Assembly (NCBI RefSeq): GCF_001194135.2
Contig: NC_068982.1
Location: 143,108,313-143,145,244 of the forward strand
Length of the DNA stretch: 36,932 nt
From: Octopus bimaculoides
Lineage: Eukaryota
Direction: 5' to 3'
Both the position numbers and the translations under genes were made by a program. Position 1 is the first letter of the stretch. Each line of letters begins with the position of its first letter. This document shows, one piece after another, positions 35,451 through 36,932 of the stretch. The notes below the pieces were generated by a model, which did no database searches, was not told where the DNA came from, and saw only the letters and a list, made by a program, of their open reading frames with translations.

Positions 35451-36932
35451 ATATATATATGTGAGTGTATGTTTACGTTTTCCCTCATAAGGTGGCAAAA
35501 TATTTGCAGTAGAATTGCTATCGTTTGTAAAAAAGAGATACATAGATAGATAGATCACTAGATTTAAAATACTTTTAAAATAGATATAAAATCAACATTT
35601 TTTTTTTTTCATTGAACATTTTTATAGAAGTTACTCATTACTGAATCTGCGTCCAATGGCATTTTGCAGAAACAAATCTTTGTATACCATCACAATATTG
35701 CTTAATGTCCCTGTTATATTGTTATACAGTGTTCTATGTGTTTCTGTCTTTCTATAATAATGGTTTTGCTGTAAGAATTTCAGTAATTATACATTATTCC
35801 TCTCAATGTGGGATTGAGTTCATTTTTCTCAAGTTTCTTTATATTCTATTGTGCATTCGTTTTCCGTCTATATTTATCATTGTTGAGAATTTTATAAGAA
35901 CAGCACTCATCTGTAAAATGAATATGTATCTATAGCGTTTTGCAAAATGGAATCTAAGAATCCCCACACAATAATACATGAAAAGCCCACTTTACAGAAC
36001 TGATAATTTTGTAAAAGAACTCTCCGGCTGACTTATTTCTCTGACAAGAAAGATAATGATCTTCCTTCATACGAGTTTGAATTCAAAACTCCCAAATGCT
36101 TATGTCTAAATATATAGTTACAGCCTTCTCAAATGGCTCGAGTGAACCTGCATAAAAACATAATTTTCATAAAAGGTTGTAACGATTTTCAAAGGTTTTA
36201 AAAAATATATGTTAAAATCTTTTCATCTTCGTAAATATCCTTTCGTATAATCAGATAAAGGAAAAGCCTTATATGAAATAGATTATAAAGCAAACAATAG
36301 CTTCTTATCTAGAAAGATAACCAACACATAAAGAACAACAAATCTTATACAAATACACCCAGCGCTCGGAATTCAAAACCAAACAAATAGAAAAACTATT
36401 TTAAATATAGAAACCAGTTGGATCTTTGACGCTAGGTAAAAAAAAAAAAAAAATTTCATTTTCAAGCACCACCACCGCTATGCTATGAATAACCATCCAC
36501 TAGATTAACTGATCCAGTAACAAACGGTATAGAAATAATTAGTAAGCAAATCTGAAGCGATATTATAATCAAAATCTAAATAATTCAAGTTCTGTACTAG
36601 TTTAATACTATGAATAACAACGATAAAAGCAACGATATATAGTCAGACATTTAAATGTTTACCAAAAACTTATAACAGATATTTGATGTTACATGTATGC
36701 ACACACGTACTCACGCACACATGCACACACACACGCACACACATATACACACGAACACACACACATACATATACGATAAATGTAAACAAACTGATGTTTA
36801 CTCTAGAAGCGCTGAAATGTGTATTGTGAGATAGAAATAAGATAATTCATTTTCAGTGACAAGGTAAAATATCCATACAAAGCGGGAAAATATGTTAGCA
36901 ACCAGGTATTATATATATATATATATATATAT

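Overview
AT-rich, repeat-dense eukaryotic window with nine N-gaps (3826-4064, 7322-7398, 12204-12213, 15894-16161, 20320-20697, 21261-21270, 22676-22702, 29317-29326, 33875-33968), most next to (TA)n or (ATT)n. The tRNA-derived SINE families and very dense microsatellites resemble Octopus/cephalopod DNA; this rests on recalled repeats, not a database search. There is no intact long ORF, and most ORF-track entries are microsatellite artefacts. Supported content: at least 3 SINE families, an R4/Dong-like and a CR1-like LINE relic, a DD37D(maT)-like Tc1/mariner relic with TIRs, a hAT MITE with an 8-bp TSD, and several long foldbacks. Top leads: (1) a 437-bp palindrome whose arms each carry a type I hammerhead ribozyme core facing outward; (2) a two-copy repeat with a minimal hammerhead and a shared variant core (CUGUYGA); (3) a frameshifted Cys-loop-receptor-like relic at about 28-29 kb; (4) a candidate exon encoding a vasopressin-like CTFQNCHRQ; (5) short candidate exons of unidentified spliced gene(s). 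All coding calls are low-confidence hand predictions.
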